Source: an uncultured Pseudomonadota bacterium (GTDB taxonomy: Bacteria > Pseudomonadota > Gammaproteobacteria > Steroidobacterales > Steroidobacteraceae). Taken from it: a stretch of 64,000 nt of DNA. The DNA lies in contig CAWEJB010000007.1 of assembly GCA_963809305.1 (NCBI GenBank), forward strand, positions 15,098-79,097. Reading direction: 5' to 3'. Under the pieces are notes generated by a model, which ran no database searches, was not told the DNA's origin, and saw only the letters and a program-made list of their open reading frames with translations. Positions 1 through 8,599 of the stretch are shown here, in pieces (position 1 is the first letter of the stretch; the number at the start of each line of letters is the position of its first letter). The position numbers were made by a program, and so were the translations under genes.

Positions 1-305
1 AGTCGATCCGCGAGCGAACTGGTGAGCTTGCGATACTCAAGGCTGTCGGATTTTCCGATCGAGCGATATTTTCTTTGATAGCGGCCGAGTCGGTGGTGGT
101 TTGGACGCTCGCCGCGGTACTGGGCCTATTGGTGGCTACGATTGCATTTCCCTACGCCGCAAGACTGGTGCCGGGTATCTCAATGCCGTGGGTGGTCGTC
201 GAAATAGGGCTGCTGATAGCGGTACTCATCGCGCTCGCCAGCGCTCTTGTGCCGGCGTTTCGCGCGGCACGGCTGAAGGTCGTGACTGCACTTGCGGGGC
301 AGTAG
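1..305 (+). CDS. ABC transporter permease, FtsX/MacB family (3' end only; gene starts upstream of window)
   Basis: Frame 3 is open from the window edge (SIRERTGELAILKAVGFSDRAIFSLIAAES...). This is the FtsX-domain linker, followed by hydrophobic helices and ...FRAARLKVVTALAGQ stop. The 75..305 track ORF is only an internal TTG. Confidence 0.75.
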   Translation, partial: SIRERTGELAILKAVGFSDRAIFSLIAAESVVVWTLAAVLGLLVATIAFPYAARLVPGISMPWVVVEIGLLIAVLIALASALVPAFRAARLKVVTALAGQ

Positions 306-1478
306 GTGTCCATGGCCTTTATGAGACAGTTCGTAGCCCTTCTGCGTGTGAATTTGCTGAGTCTTTTCGAAAGACGGAGTCAGGCGCTTACTCTGGTGTT
401 GGGCGTCACGTGCGCTGTTGGAGTGCTGGTCTCGATGCTCGCGATGTGCGTTGGGGCTCGTCGTCACGAAATGGCCGACGTCCGCACGGACCGCGTCGTC
501 CTGATGGCCATCGGCGCGCCAGATGCGACGCAAAGCAGCCTTTCGAAGGACCAGGCTGGCTTGATTCGCGATTTGCCTGGCATTCGGCAGGGTACTGATC
601 ACGAGCCCATCGCTGTGTCTCAGCTGCTCGTGACAATGGAAGCGCGTGGGCGCAGTGGCGGCAGCCGAATCAGTTTTCCGTTGATCGGGGTGAGCTCTGG
701 ACTCAGGGATCTGATGCCGGAGTTGCATCTCACGGCCGGTCGGATGTTCCGACCAGGGCTCAATGAATTGATTGCCAGTAACCTGTGCGCCAGACAGTTC
801 TCCGGCTTTGAGCTTGGCGACAGGCGGGAGATCCAAGGGATCAATTGGATTGTGGTGGGTCGCTTTGATCAGGGGCAGGGCGAGGAAGGGTGCCTTGTCT
901 ACGGGGATGCGGCGAGTGCATTTGCGGCATTCAGGCGCGACAGCTACAACCAAGTTACGGTGATGCTGCAATCGGCAAGCGACTATGCCGCCCTTCAGAC
1001 TGCAGTGCGGGCCAACCCGATGTTGGGGGTCGAGGCAAAGCGAGAAGTACAAGTCATTGCAGAGCGGTATAAGCGATTCAACGGCATCTTATACTTCGTA
1101 AGCTATTTCGTGGGCACGGTGATGGCGTTGGGCGCCACGCTCGGTGCCGCAAACTCCCTCTATGCAATCGTCGATGGTCGACGTCGTGAGCTTGCGACAC
1201 TTCGCGCGGTCGGATTTGGATCGGGGCCGATCGTCGCTGCCATGCTGTTAGAATCGGAACTATTGGCCGTACCGGGTGCAGTCCTTGGAGCCGGCCTCGG
1301 CTGGGTTTTCTTTAACGGCCTATCGGCCAGCCCGTTTGGATTCACGTTTCATTTGGCTGTCACCTTTCAGCTTCTAGTACTTGGCATCGCATGGTCCCTG
1401 ATTATCGGACTGGCTGCAGGTCTGCTACCGGCTCTGCGCGCGGGCAGAATGCCGGTGACGGCGGCGCTGCGTGCGTAA
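306..1478 (+). CDS. ABC transporter permease, FtsX/MacB family
   Basis: 390 aa. One N-terminal TM helix, a periplasmic domain of about 200 aa, then RRRELATLRAVGFGSGPI and three hydrophobic helices ending ...LRAGRMPVTAALRA. The GTG start directly abuts the stop of the upstream paralogue. Confidence 0.8.
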   Translation: MSMAFMRQFVALLRVNLLSLFERRSQALTLVLGVTCAVGVLVSMLAMCVGARRHEMADVRTDRVVLMAIGAPDATQSSLSKDQAGLIRDLPGIRQGTDHEPIAVSQLLVTMEARGRSGGSRISFPLIGVSSGLRDLMPELHLTAGRMFRPGLNELIASNLCARQFSGFELGDRREIQGINWIVVGRFDQGQGEEGCLVYGDAASAFAAFRRDSYNQVTVMLQSASDYAALQTAVRANPMLGVEAKREVQVIAERYKRFNGILYFVSYFVGTVMALGATLGAANSLYAIVDGRRRELATLRAVGFGSGPIVAAMLLESELLAVPGAVLGAGLGWVFFNGLSASPFGFTFHLAVTFQLLVLGIAWSLIIGLAAGLLPALRAGRMPVTAALRA

Positions 1479-1610
1479 CATGGCTGAAGTGCTGCTGTTC
1501 CACCACGCCCAGGGTCCAGATTGTCGCGACGCAGGGGTCCCGCTGAGGTCTAGCATGAGAATAGCAAGCAGGTCTAAACTCATACCAACCATAACGTCTG
1601 CTGGATCGCC

Positions 1611-3122
1611 ATGAAGAAGCTCTTACTGCGTGCCACATTGTGTGCGGCGCTCGTCGCATCACTCGGACTTCCGCGTGCATGGGCCGCGCCCCTGGATAGC
1701 TCGGTGGTCAAGGTATTCGCCACCGTGCGCTACCCGGCGCCGTTCAGCCCCTGGACTAAGGAGGCACCCCAGGACATCTCGGGCTCGGGGGTCGTGATCG
1801 AGGGAGATCGCATCATCACCAATGCGCACGTCGTGCTTTACGCGAGCGATATCGAGGTCCAGGCGACCGAGGCGGGCGATAAGGTTCCAGCCACGGTCGA
1901 GGCCATCGCGCCCGGAATCGACCTCGCTGTGTTGAAGCTCGACGATCCGTCGTTCTTCAAGAAGCACCCGCCCATCGCACGGGCGAACGTACTGCCCCAG
2001 ATCAAAGATCCGGTACTCGTCTACGGCTTTCCGATCGGCGGCAATACCCTGTCGATCACCAAAGGCATCGTCTCACGCATTGAGTACGTGTCCTACAACT
2101 ATCCGACCTCAGGCCTGCGCATCCAAATTGACGCCGCGATCAATCCGGGCAACAGCGGCGGACCCGCGGTTGCGGGCGGCAAGATGATCGGGCTTGCCTT
2201 CAGCCGTCTCGCGGGCACGGATGCCCAGAACATCGGCTACATTATTCCGGACGAAGAGATCGAGCTGTTCCTCAAGAGCATCTCCACTGGACATTACGCC
2301 GGCAAGCCTGCGCTGTACGATGAACTGCAGACCCTGCAGAACCAGGGCCTGCGCGGCTACCTCGGGGTGCCCGAATCCACCACCGGAGTCGTCGTTCTGA
2401 AGCCCGATGACGCGGTCGCTGGTAATCCGCTCGAGAAATGGGACGTCATCACATACATTGGCGACACACCCATCGACGATCAGGGAATGATCGACTTGAA
2501 TGCGGACGTGCGGCTGAACTTTGAGTACCTCGTGCAAAAGGACGTACGCGACGGCAAGGTGCCGCTCACGATCTTTCGGCACGGTGCGGTGCTGCACGTC
2601 GAGGAGCCAGTCACCTCCGACCGCCCGCTGCTCATTCCGAGCCTGGAGGGACGGTATCCTTCCTATTTCATCTACGGCCCGATAGTCTTTTCCGTAGCGA
2701 ACTCGGCCATGCTCGCCGGGATACAGAGTAAAGCTCCGCTGCTCGCCATGCTGAGCTTCGTCGGAAGTCCGCTCGTGACGCAACGGGGGAATGCGCCGAC
2801 CCCGCAGCGTCAAAATCTCGTGGTGATCGCCGCGCCGTTCTTTCCCAACCGGCTCGTGGAAGGGTATGGCAATCACACCGGCTCGGTCGTCTACTCGGTC
2901 AATGGCACGCGCATCGCGAGCCTCGGGCAGATGGTCGCGGTGCTGCGGGATTTGAAGAGCGAGTACGTGACGATCGACTTCGACGGTCGCGGTATCGAGT
3001 CGCTCGTCTTTCCGCGTGCGGCGATCACCGCCGCGACTGAGGAAGTACTGACGGACAACGGCATCCGTGCGCAGGCTTCACCCGACATGCTCGCGATCTG
3101 GCAGGGAAGCGCGGGGAAATAA
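1611..3122 (+). CDS. secreted trypsin-like serine protease (S1C/HtrA-like) with PDZ-like region
   Basis: Signal peptide MKKLLLRATLCAALVASLGLPRAWA. Triad contexts are ITNAHVV (His), IDLAVLKL (Asp) and NPGNSGGPAV (Ser). PDZ-like stretch VVVLKPDD..WDVITYIGDTPI, plus a long extra C-terminal region. Confidence 0.8.
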   Translation: MKKLLLRATLCAALVASLGLPRAWAAPLDSSVVKVFATVRYPAPFSPWTKEAPQDISGSGVVIEGDRIITNAHVVLYASDIEVQATEAGDKVPATVEAIAPGIDLAVLKLDDPSFFKKHPPIARANVLPQIKDPVLVYGFPIGGNTLSITKGIVSRIEYVSYNYPTSGLRIQIDAAINPGNSGGPAVAGGKMIGLAFSRLAGTDAQNIGYIIPDEEIELFLKSISTGHYAGKPALYDELQTLQNQGLRGYLGVPESTTGVVVLKPDDAVAGNPLEKWDVITYIGDTPIDDQGMIDLNADVRLNFEYLVQKDVRDGKVPLTIFRHGAVLHVEEPVTSDRPLLIPSLEGRYPSYFIYGPIVFSVANSAMLAGIQSKAPLLAMLSFVGSPLVTQRGNAPTPQRQNLVVIAAPFFPNRLVEGYGNHTGSVVYSVNGTRIASLGQMVAVLRDLKSEYVTIDFDGRGIESLVFPRAAITAATEEVLTDNGIRAQASPDMLAIWQGSAGK

Positions 3123-3416
3123 AGCCGGGGCCTCCGGAATAGCTGCGTAGCCTTGACGGCATCTTGGAATGAAATCGCGAGAGGCGCGGGGGAGGGCGTC
3201 GGTGGCATCCAGATGCAGCACCGAGGGAGCCATGAGGTCCTGAAGCGATAATTTGCATGCAAGTGGCCGAGATGAACTTGAGGTCGGCTTGAGGTGTACT
3301 AAACGGATGAGTCCCAAGCGATTGCTGACATCGTCGATCGAAGCGTTGCAGGACGTCTACTGGGGACGGGATTTCAGCACGGCGGCGGTCAAAGGGGCAT
3401 CGAATCGGGTGAGCGA

Positions 3417-3890
3417 ATGAGCGCAACGGGCACGAATCGCCTCCGGCGGCTGATTTGGCTAAGCCTGGCATTGATATCAGCGTACGCGAGTGCCTTCTCA
3501 AGCGCCGCGGACGCCGGTGTGACCGGTTATTGGCAAGAAGAACCATCCCGCGCCGTCATCCAGATTGCTCAGTGCGCGGAAGGGTTGTGCCTGACGATTG
3601 TCGCGCTTCCATCGAATCTGCCGCACACCGATGTGCGTAACCCGGATCTAAAGCTGCGCAGCCGACCGCTTTGCGGGTTGCGTATTGGGCAAGGTTTCAC
3701 CCAGACTGACTTACAGCACGCCGATGGTGGCGATCTCTACGATCCAAAATCTGGGCGGATTTACAGCGGCAGTATGACGGCGGAAGGCAATAGGTTGAAG
3801 TTGCGAGGCTACCTCGGGATAAAATTCCTGGGTCGAACCGAAATCTGGACCCGAGTCCGGCAACCCAACACTAAATGTACGCCAGGCTGA
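3417..3890 (+). CDS. DUF2147 family secreted protein
   Basis: Signal peptide (LIWLSLALISAYASAFSSA). Family-typical pattern GYWQ...IQIAQC..GLC..I, NPD..LRSRPL.GL, GG.LYDPKSGRIYSGSM...LKLRGYLGIKFLGRTEIWTRV. Only 22 nt upstream of the PKS gene. Confidence 0.7.
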   Translation: MSATGTNRLRRLIWLSLALISAYASAFSSAADAGVTGYWQEEPSRAVIQIAQCAEGLCLTIVALPSNLPHTDVRNPDLKLRSRPLCGLRIGQGFTQTDLQHADGGDLYDPKSGRIYSGSMTAEGNRLKLRGYLGIKFLGRTEIWTRVRQPNTKCTPG

Positions 3891-3912
3891 TCCGGAACAG
3901 CTGGAGTACTCG

Positions 3913-4971
3913 GTGTATTTGAGCTCACTGGCGACCGCCGTCCCCGCCAGGCGATATACCCGCGCCGAGTGTTGGGATGCGTTCGCCGCCTCCCCGTGGT
4001 TTGCGCGCCTCGACGCGCGTTCGCGGGCGTTGGCCAGACTGGTGCTGACACGCGACAACGGCATGGAATCGCGTTGGCTCGCGGTGGATTCGCTCGCGGA
4101 GGTGTTCGAAATCGATGCCGACACTCTGCAGCGGCGGTTTGAGAGATTCGCACCAGAGCTCGCCGCCAGCGCCGGACGCCGCGCCCTGGAACGCGCGACG
4201 TTGTGTCCTGGGGACATCGGCGCGGTTGTGGTAACAACCTGTACCGGATATCTCTGCCCTGGCCTTACGAGCTACGTGAATGAACGACTTGGTCTATCGC
4301 GTCACGTAAAGGCATTTGACCTGGTCGGCCAGGGCTGTGCGGGCGCACTGCCCAACTGGCAACTTTCCAGCGCCTTGCTCGATGCCGGGCACTGCGACCA
4401 CGTTCTATCAATCAGTGTCGAGGTCTGCAGTGCGGCGATGTACCTTGATGACGACCCGGGTGTACTGATCAGTGCCTGCCTGTTCGGCGACGGGGCTGGT
4501 GCGGCCATTCTGTCCAGGAATGCGCCCAGCGATCACCGCCGGATCAGATGGACGAATTCCGTCTCGGTGACGGCGCCGGCGAGCAGGGAAGCTTTGAGGT
4601 TCGAGCACAGGAACGGGCTGTTGCGCAATGTCTTGACCCGGGCCGTACCCAGATTGGCCGCGGAGCATGCTGAAGAGGCTCTGCGGCTGGCCACCTCGCA
4701 AGCGGGTCTGCCGCGTGATTCAATCACGGGGTGGATGATGCATGCCGGCGGGCGCGACGTGCTGCTGGCCATGCAGGAGCAGTTGCAGCTGGATCCGCTG
4801 GAGTTGTGCTATAGCCGCAATACATTGCGCGAATACGGAAACTTGAGCAGCGCTTTCGTGTACTTCGTGCTGGATGCCGCGCTCGCGGATTCGGCTGCTG
4901 GAGGCTGGTGGTGGCTTTGCTCGTTCGGCGCCGGCTTCACTTGTCACGGTGCGCTGCTTGCCGTTGATTGA
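3913..4971 (+). CDS. type III polyketide synthase (chalcone/stilbene synthase superfamily)
   Basis: 352 aa. GTG start with GGAG 6 nt upstream. Cys-His-Asn triad contexts are VGQGCAGAL, WMMHAGGRDVL and YGNLSSAFVYF. Thiolase-fold N-terminal pattern TTCTGYLCPGL. Confidence 0.8.
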   Translation: MYLSSLATAVPARRYTRAECWDAFAASPWFARLDARSRALARLVLTRDNGMESRWLAVDSLAEVFEIDADTLQRRFERFAPELAASAGRRALERATLCPGDIGAVVVTTCTGYLCPGLTSYVNERLGLSRHVKAFDLVGQGCAGALPNWQLSSALLDAGHCDHVLSISVEVCSAAMYLDDDPGVLISACLFGDGAGAAILSRNAPSDHRRIRWTNSVSVTAPASREALRFEHRNGLLRNVLTRAVPRLAAEHAEEALRLATSQAGLPRDSITGWMMHAGGRDVLLAMQEQLQLDPLELCYSRNTLREYGNLSSAFVYFVLDAALADSAAGGWWWLCSFGAGFTCHGALLAVD

Positions 4972-4981
4972 TCTGACATCG

Positions 4982-5752
4982 ATGAAACTGCAGCGACAGG
5001 TCCTGCCGGAGCATCTCGACCTGCTCTCCGTTGGTGATCCAGTCGCACGCCGCTCACGCCGCGACCTGCAACGTGTGCACCGTGTCATGCGTTCATTGAC
5101 GATTCTGCGCCGAGCCATGGACACGTTGCCCATGACTCGGCAGCCCCGGAGAATTCTGGAGCTGGGCGCCGGAGATGGAAGCTTGATGCTGCGCCTCGCG
5201 CAAGCCCTGCGCCCGTGTTGGCGGGACGTAGAGGTTACGTTTATTGATCGTCAGGACCTGATCGGCCCGGAAATCCGCAAGCCGCTCAGCCTGCTCGGCT
5301 GGGATGTGCAGGTACTGAGGATGGATGCGCTGGACTGGGCTCGCGCGTCCTCCAATAAACAGTATGACCTATGTGTTGCGACGCTATTTTTACACCACTT
5401 CCAGTTTGCTGCCCTCGAGCAGCTGCTGCGCGCCGTCGCGGCCCGGTGCAGGGCATTCGTCGCCTGTGAGCCGCGCCGCAATCGGTCTGCCTGGATCGGC
5501 AGCCATCTGCTTGGCCTGCTGGGCGCGAACAAAGTGACACGTGAAGATGGCGTAACGAGTGTGGTTGCCGGCTTTGCCGGGCACGAGCTGACTACCCTGT
5601 GGCCGCAGAGCGAAGAAAGTTGGCGACTGCGGGAGTATTTCGCATGGCCGTTTACGCACTGTCTCGTCGCGAACCTGCACGCTGGTGCCGAGGACGAATC
5701 GGCTCGGCATGGGAACTTGGCGCTCCTGCATGGCAAGTCGCTGACTGAGTAG
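4982..5752 (+). CDS. class I SAM-dependent methyltransferase
   Basis: Start placed at ATG 4982, 10 nt after the PKS stop; the track ORF from 4874 would overlap the PKS by 98 nt. SAM-binding motif I is ILELGAGDGSLMLRLA. Confidence 0.7.
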   Translation: MKLQRQVLPEHLDLLSVGDPVARRSRRDLQRVHRVMRSLTILRRAMDTLPMTRQPRRILELGAGDGSLMLRLAQALRPCWRDVEVTFIDRQDLIGPEIRKPLSLLGWDVQVLRMDALDWARASSNKQYDLCVATLFLHHFQFAALEQLLRAVAARCRAFVACEPRRNRSAWIGSHLLGLLGANKVTREDGVTSVVAGFAGHELTTLWPQSEESWRLREYFAWPFTHCLVANLHAGAEDESARHGNLALLHGKSLTE

Positions 5753-5755
5753 CAT

Positions 5756-7027
5756 ATGAGACGCCCTGATACCGATGCTCTGATCATCGGCGCGGGTCCC
5801 GCCGGTGCCTCGGTCGCCATTCGACTGGCCCGACTCGGGTGGCGTGTAACCCTGGTTGAGCAGGCTTTGTTCCCTCGCCAGAAGGTATGCGGCGAGTGCC
5901 TAGGGCCGGCCAGCCTGGAGCTGCTGGACGAACTCGGCCTGGGTCCGAGGGTCGGCGAGTGTGCTGGTCCAGCGATTCGCGAGGTCGCGTGGATGGTCCG
6001 CGAGCGGACTATCGTGGCCGAAATGCCGGCTTGCCTCGATGGCCGTCATGCATACGGCAGAGCGATCGGCCGTGACTGCCTCGACACGCTTTTGCTTGAG
6101 CGCGCGCGATGGGAAGGTGTCGATATCGTTCAGCCGGCAAAGGTCCGACGTGTCTGCGGAACGCCGGGCGACTTCGATTGCGTCTACGAAGCGCGATGTG
6201 ACGGCAGCGGCGGCGAGGAGCGCGCGCGCGGTACGGAGCATCATCTGAAGGCGGCCTTGGTGATCGATGCGCACGGCTCCTGGGAGCGCGGCCCTGAGTG
6301 CTCCGCGGCTGAGCATGATCGTGGCGGGGATTTGCGGCCGCGGCCCGCGGACTTGCTGGCCTTCAAGGCCACCTTTCAGGGCGCAACCCTTGCCTCGGGC
6401 GTTCTGCCCGTACTGTGTTTGCCCGGCGGTTATGGCGGAATGGTGGTGTCGGATCGAGGACGAACCACCATTGCCTGTTGCATACTGCGTACTACGCTGC
6501 GTCGACTGCGCGAAGAGGGGCGGGGAGGCTCAGCGGGTGATGTGGTCGAGGCATACCTGAGTAGTTCATGCGGCGGAGTTGCAGCCGCATTGCGCACCGC
6601 TCAGAGGGAGGATGCGTGGCATGCGGTCGGACCTCTCCGAACGGGCTTTCATCGGCGAAGTGTTTGGGGCATGCCGCGGATCGGGAACGCCGCCGCAGAA
6701 GCCCATCCGTTGATTGGCGAGGGTATCTGCATGGCTCTGCAGTCTGCGGCTCTTCTTGCCAAGCTTTGTGGGCACCGCCCAAAGGACCTGCGGGCGGCCT
6801 ACATCGTTGACGTGCAGTGCACTCACGCGGCTATTTGCGGGAAGGAATTCTCGGGGCGCATGCGCCTCGCCCGGCTCTACGCGCAGGTTGCCATGCAACC
6901 GTCGCTGGCGACCGCCGCTGCGATTTTCATCAAGACTTGGCCCGGCACGCTCACCGCCAGCGCCCGGCTCGCTGGAAAAGCACGTCGCGGACTGTCGGAG
7001 CTAGCCTCCGGCCAGGCGGTCTTATGA
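5756..7027 (+). CDS. FAD-dependent oxidoreductase (aromatic hydroxylase / geranylgeranyl-reductase-like fold)
   Basis: Dinucleotide fold ALIIGAGPAGASVAIRLARLGWRVTLVEQ, KVCGECL, VIDAHGSWERG, and a GD-like motif IGNAAAEAHPLIGEGICMAL. Starts 3 nt after the methyltransferase stop. Confidence 0.75.
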   Translation: MRRPDTDALIIGAGPAGASVAIRLARLGWRVTLVEQALFPRQKVCGECLGPASLELLDELGLGPRVGECAGPAIREVAWMVRERTIVAEMPACLDGRHAYGRAIGRDCLDTLLLERARWEGVDIVQPAKVRRVCGTPGDFDCVYEARCDGSGGEERARGTEHHLKAALVIDAHGSWERGPECSAAEHDRGGDLRPRPADLLAFKATFQGATLASGVLPVLCLPGGYGGMVVSDRGRTTIACCILRTTLRRLREEGRGGSAGDVVEAYLSSSCGGVAAALRTAQREDAWHAVGPLRTGFHRRSVWGMPRIGNAAAEAHPLIGEGICMALQSAALLAKLCGHRPKDLRAAYIVDVQCTHAAICGKEFSGRMRLARLYAQVAMQPSLATAAAIFIKTWPGTLTASARLAGKARRGLSELASGQAVL

Positions 7028-7299
7028 GTACGTTCGAGTTACTACAGAGCATTCTCATCAAGGAATACAAGCTTGATCCCGCTCGCTTGGTTCCTGAAGC
7101 CACGCTGACGGATCTGGGCATCGATTCTTTGGATCTGGTCGACCTGATCTTCAAGATCGAGGATCGCTTTGGTCTCAAGATCAAGGACGACGTGACACGT
7201 CCGCTGGTAACTCTTAACGACGTCGCTATGTACATAGATGAATTGCTGAAGACTCTGTCCGCAGCGGGAGGGACCCAGGCGGGGGAGCCGCCGTCATGA
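7024..7299 (+). CDS. acyl carrier protein
   Basis: 91 aa. Phosphopantetheine attachment motif LTDLGIDSLDLVDL. The ATG overlaps the upstream stop (ATGA at 7024-7027). Confidence 0.8.
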   Translation: MSTFELLQSILIKEYKLDPARLVPEATLTDLGIDSLDLVDLIFKIEDRFGLKIKDDVTRPLVTLNDVAMYIDELLKTLSAAGGTQAGEPPS

Positions 7300-8528
7300 C
7301 GACGAGGGTGGCCGTCACTGGTCTGGGTGTCGTCACCCCGCTGGGCAACTCGATTGAGGAGCTGTTCGCGAGCTTGCGCGCTGGGAAGTCGGGTATTAGA
7401 ACTTTGCCTGCGCCCTGCAGCGGGACTTCGGGATCGTCGATTGGCGCGACGGTCGAGACGCCAATCTGCGAGCGCATTCTCGAGACACGCCTGCGTATGT
7501 TGGATCGGGTCAGCTATCTGGCGCTCGTCGCTGCTGCGCAGGCTGTCGAGGATTCCGGAATCGACTTCAATCAGGAGAACCGCGAGCGGTGCGGCGTGTC
7601 GGTCGGAACCGGTATGGGAGGCGCGGCGACCACCGACGAGGGCTATCGCACCCTTTACGCAGAGCGCTCGGACAGAATAAAACCCTTTACCGTCATCGCG
7701 GCGATGACGAATGCGGCGGCAGCTTGGATCGGGCTCGAATACGCCGTGGTCGGCCCAAATCTCACTTACTCCACGGCTTGCTCCTCATCGGCGGTCTCCA
7801 TAGGAGAAGCTGCGGAGAAGATTCGAGCCGGCCGAGCCGATGTGATGATTGCTGGAGGGGCCGAAGCTCCCTTGACGCCCGGGGTGCTGCGCGCCTGGGA
7901 CGCGATGCGCACGCTCGCCCGTTGCGACAAGGAGAATCCGGGTGCTTCGTGCCGGCCCTTCTCCCTGACCCGTTCCGGGCTGGTCTTGGGCGAAGGGGCG
8001 GCCTTTCTGGTCCTCGAATCGTGGGACCATGCGGTCCGCCGCGGAGCCAAAATGCACGCCGTAATTAGGGGATATGGTTTAACAACGGATAGCGAGCACA
8101 TAACACGGCCGACTGTCCTAGGGCAGGGGACTGCCATGCGCGCCGCGCTGAATTCCGCGGCGCTTGCGTCGGGCGAAATTGATTACATCAACGCGCATGG
8201 CACCGCCACGTTGCAAAACGACACCGTCGAAACGTCAGCGATCAAGGACGTTTTCGGCTCCCGCGCCTATCAGATTCCCGTCAGTTCGACCAAGTCGATG
8301 CACGGACACCTCCTCGGCGCGGCGGGAGCGCTGGAGCTCGTCATCTGCATCGGTTGCCTTGAGGGGGGATGGATCCCTCCGACCATGCATTTGGACCAGC
8401 CGGATCCGGCTTGCGACCTGGATTACGTGGTGGGTGCCGCTCGCGAGAATACTTCAGTGCGCATCGCGCTCTCCAATTCTTTTGCATTTGGCGGGACGAA
8501 CGCTGTGTTGGTCGTCGAGAAGGTGTGA
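7296..8528 (+). CDS. beta-ketoacyl-ACP synthase (KAS I/II type, elongating)
   Basis: 410 aa. Active-site Cys in YSTACSSSAVSIGEA and two His in NAHGTATLQND and KSMHGHLLGAAG. C-terminal SNSFAFGGTNAVLVV. ATGA overlap with the ACP gene (7296-7299). Confidence 0.85.
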   Translation: MTTRVAVTGLGVVTPLGNSIEELFASLRAGKSGIRTLPAPCSGTSGSSIGATVETPICERILETRLRMLDRVSYLALVAAAQAVEDSGIDFNQENRERCGVSVGTGMGGAATTDEGYRTLYAERSDRIKPFTVIAAMTNAAAAWIGLEYAVVGPNLTYSTACSSSAVSIGEAAEKIRAGRADVMIAGGAEAPLTPGVLRAWDAMRTLARCDKENPGASCRPFSLTRSGLVLGEGAAFLVLESWDHAVRRGAKMHAVIRGYGLTTDSEHITRPTVLGQGTAMRAALNSAALASGEIDYINAHGTATLQNDTVETSAIKDVFGSRAYQIPVSSTKSMHGHLLGAAGALELVICIGCLEGGWIPPTMHLDQPDPACDLDYVVGAARENTSVRIALSNSFAFGGTNAVLVVEKV

Positions 8529-8599
8529 GTTGGGTAGGGCTCATGAAGGGGCCCGGCTGCACCGTCAGGGCGAAGCCGCCGAAGGCGGCCCCCGTCTGG

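Noticed and set aside
4874-4981. N-terminal extension of the methyltransferase ORF overlapping the PKS 3' end
   Set aside because: The extension (MPRSRIRLLEAGGGFARSAP...) is the alternative-frame reading of the PKS C-terminus. ATG 4982 lies 10 nt after the PKS stop and gives a normal-length methyltransferase.
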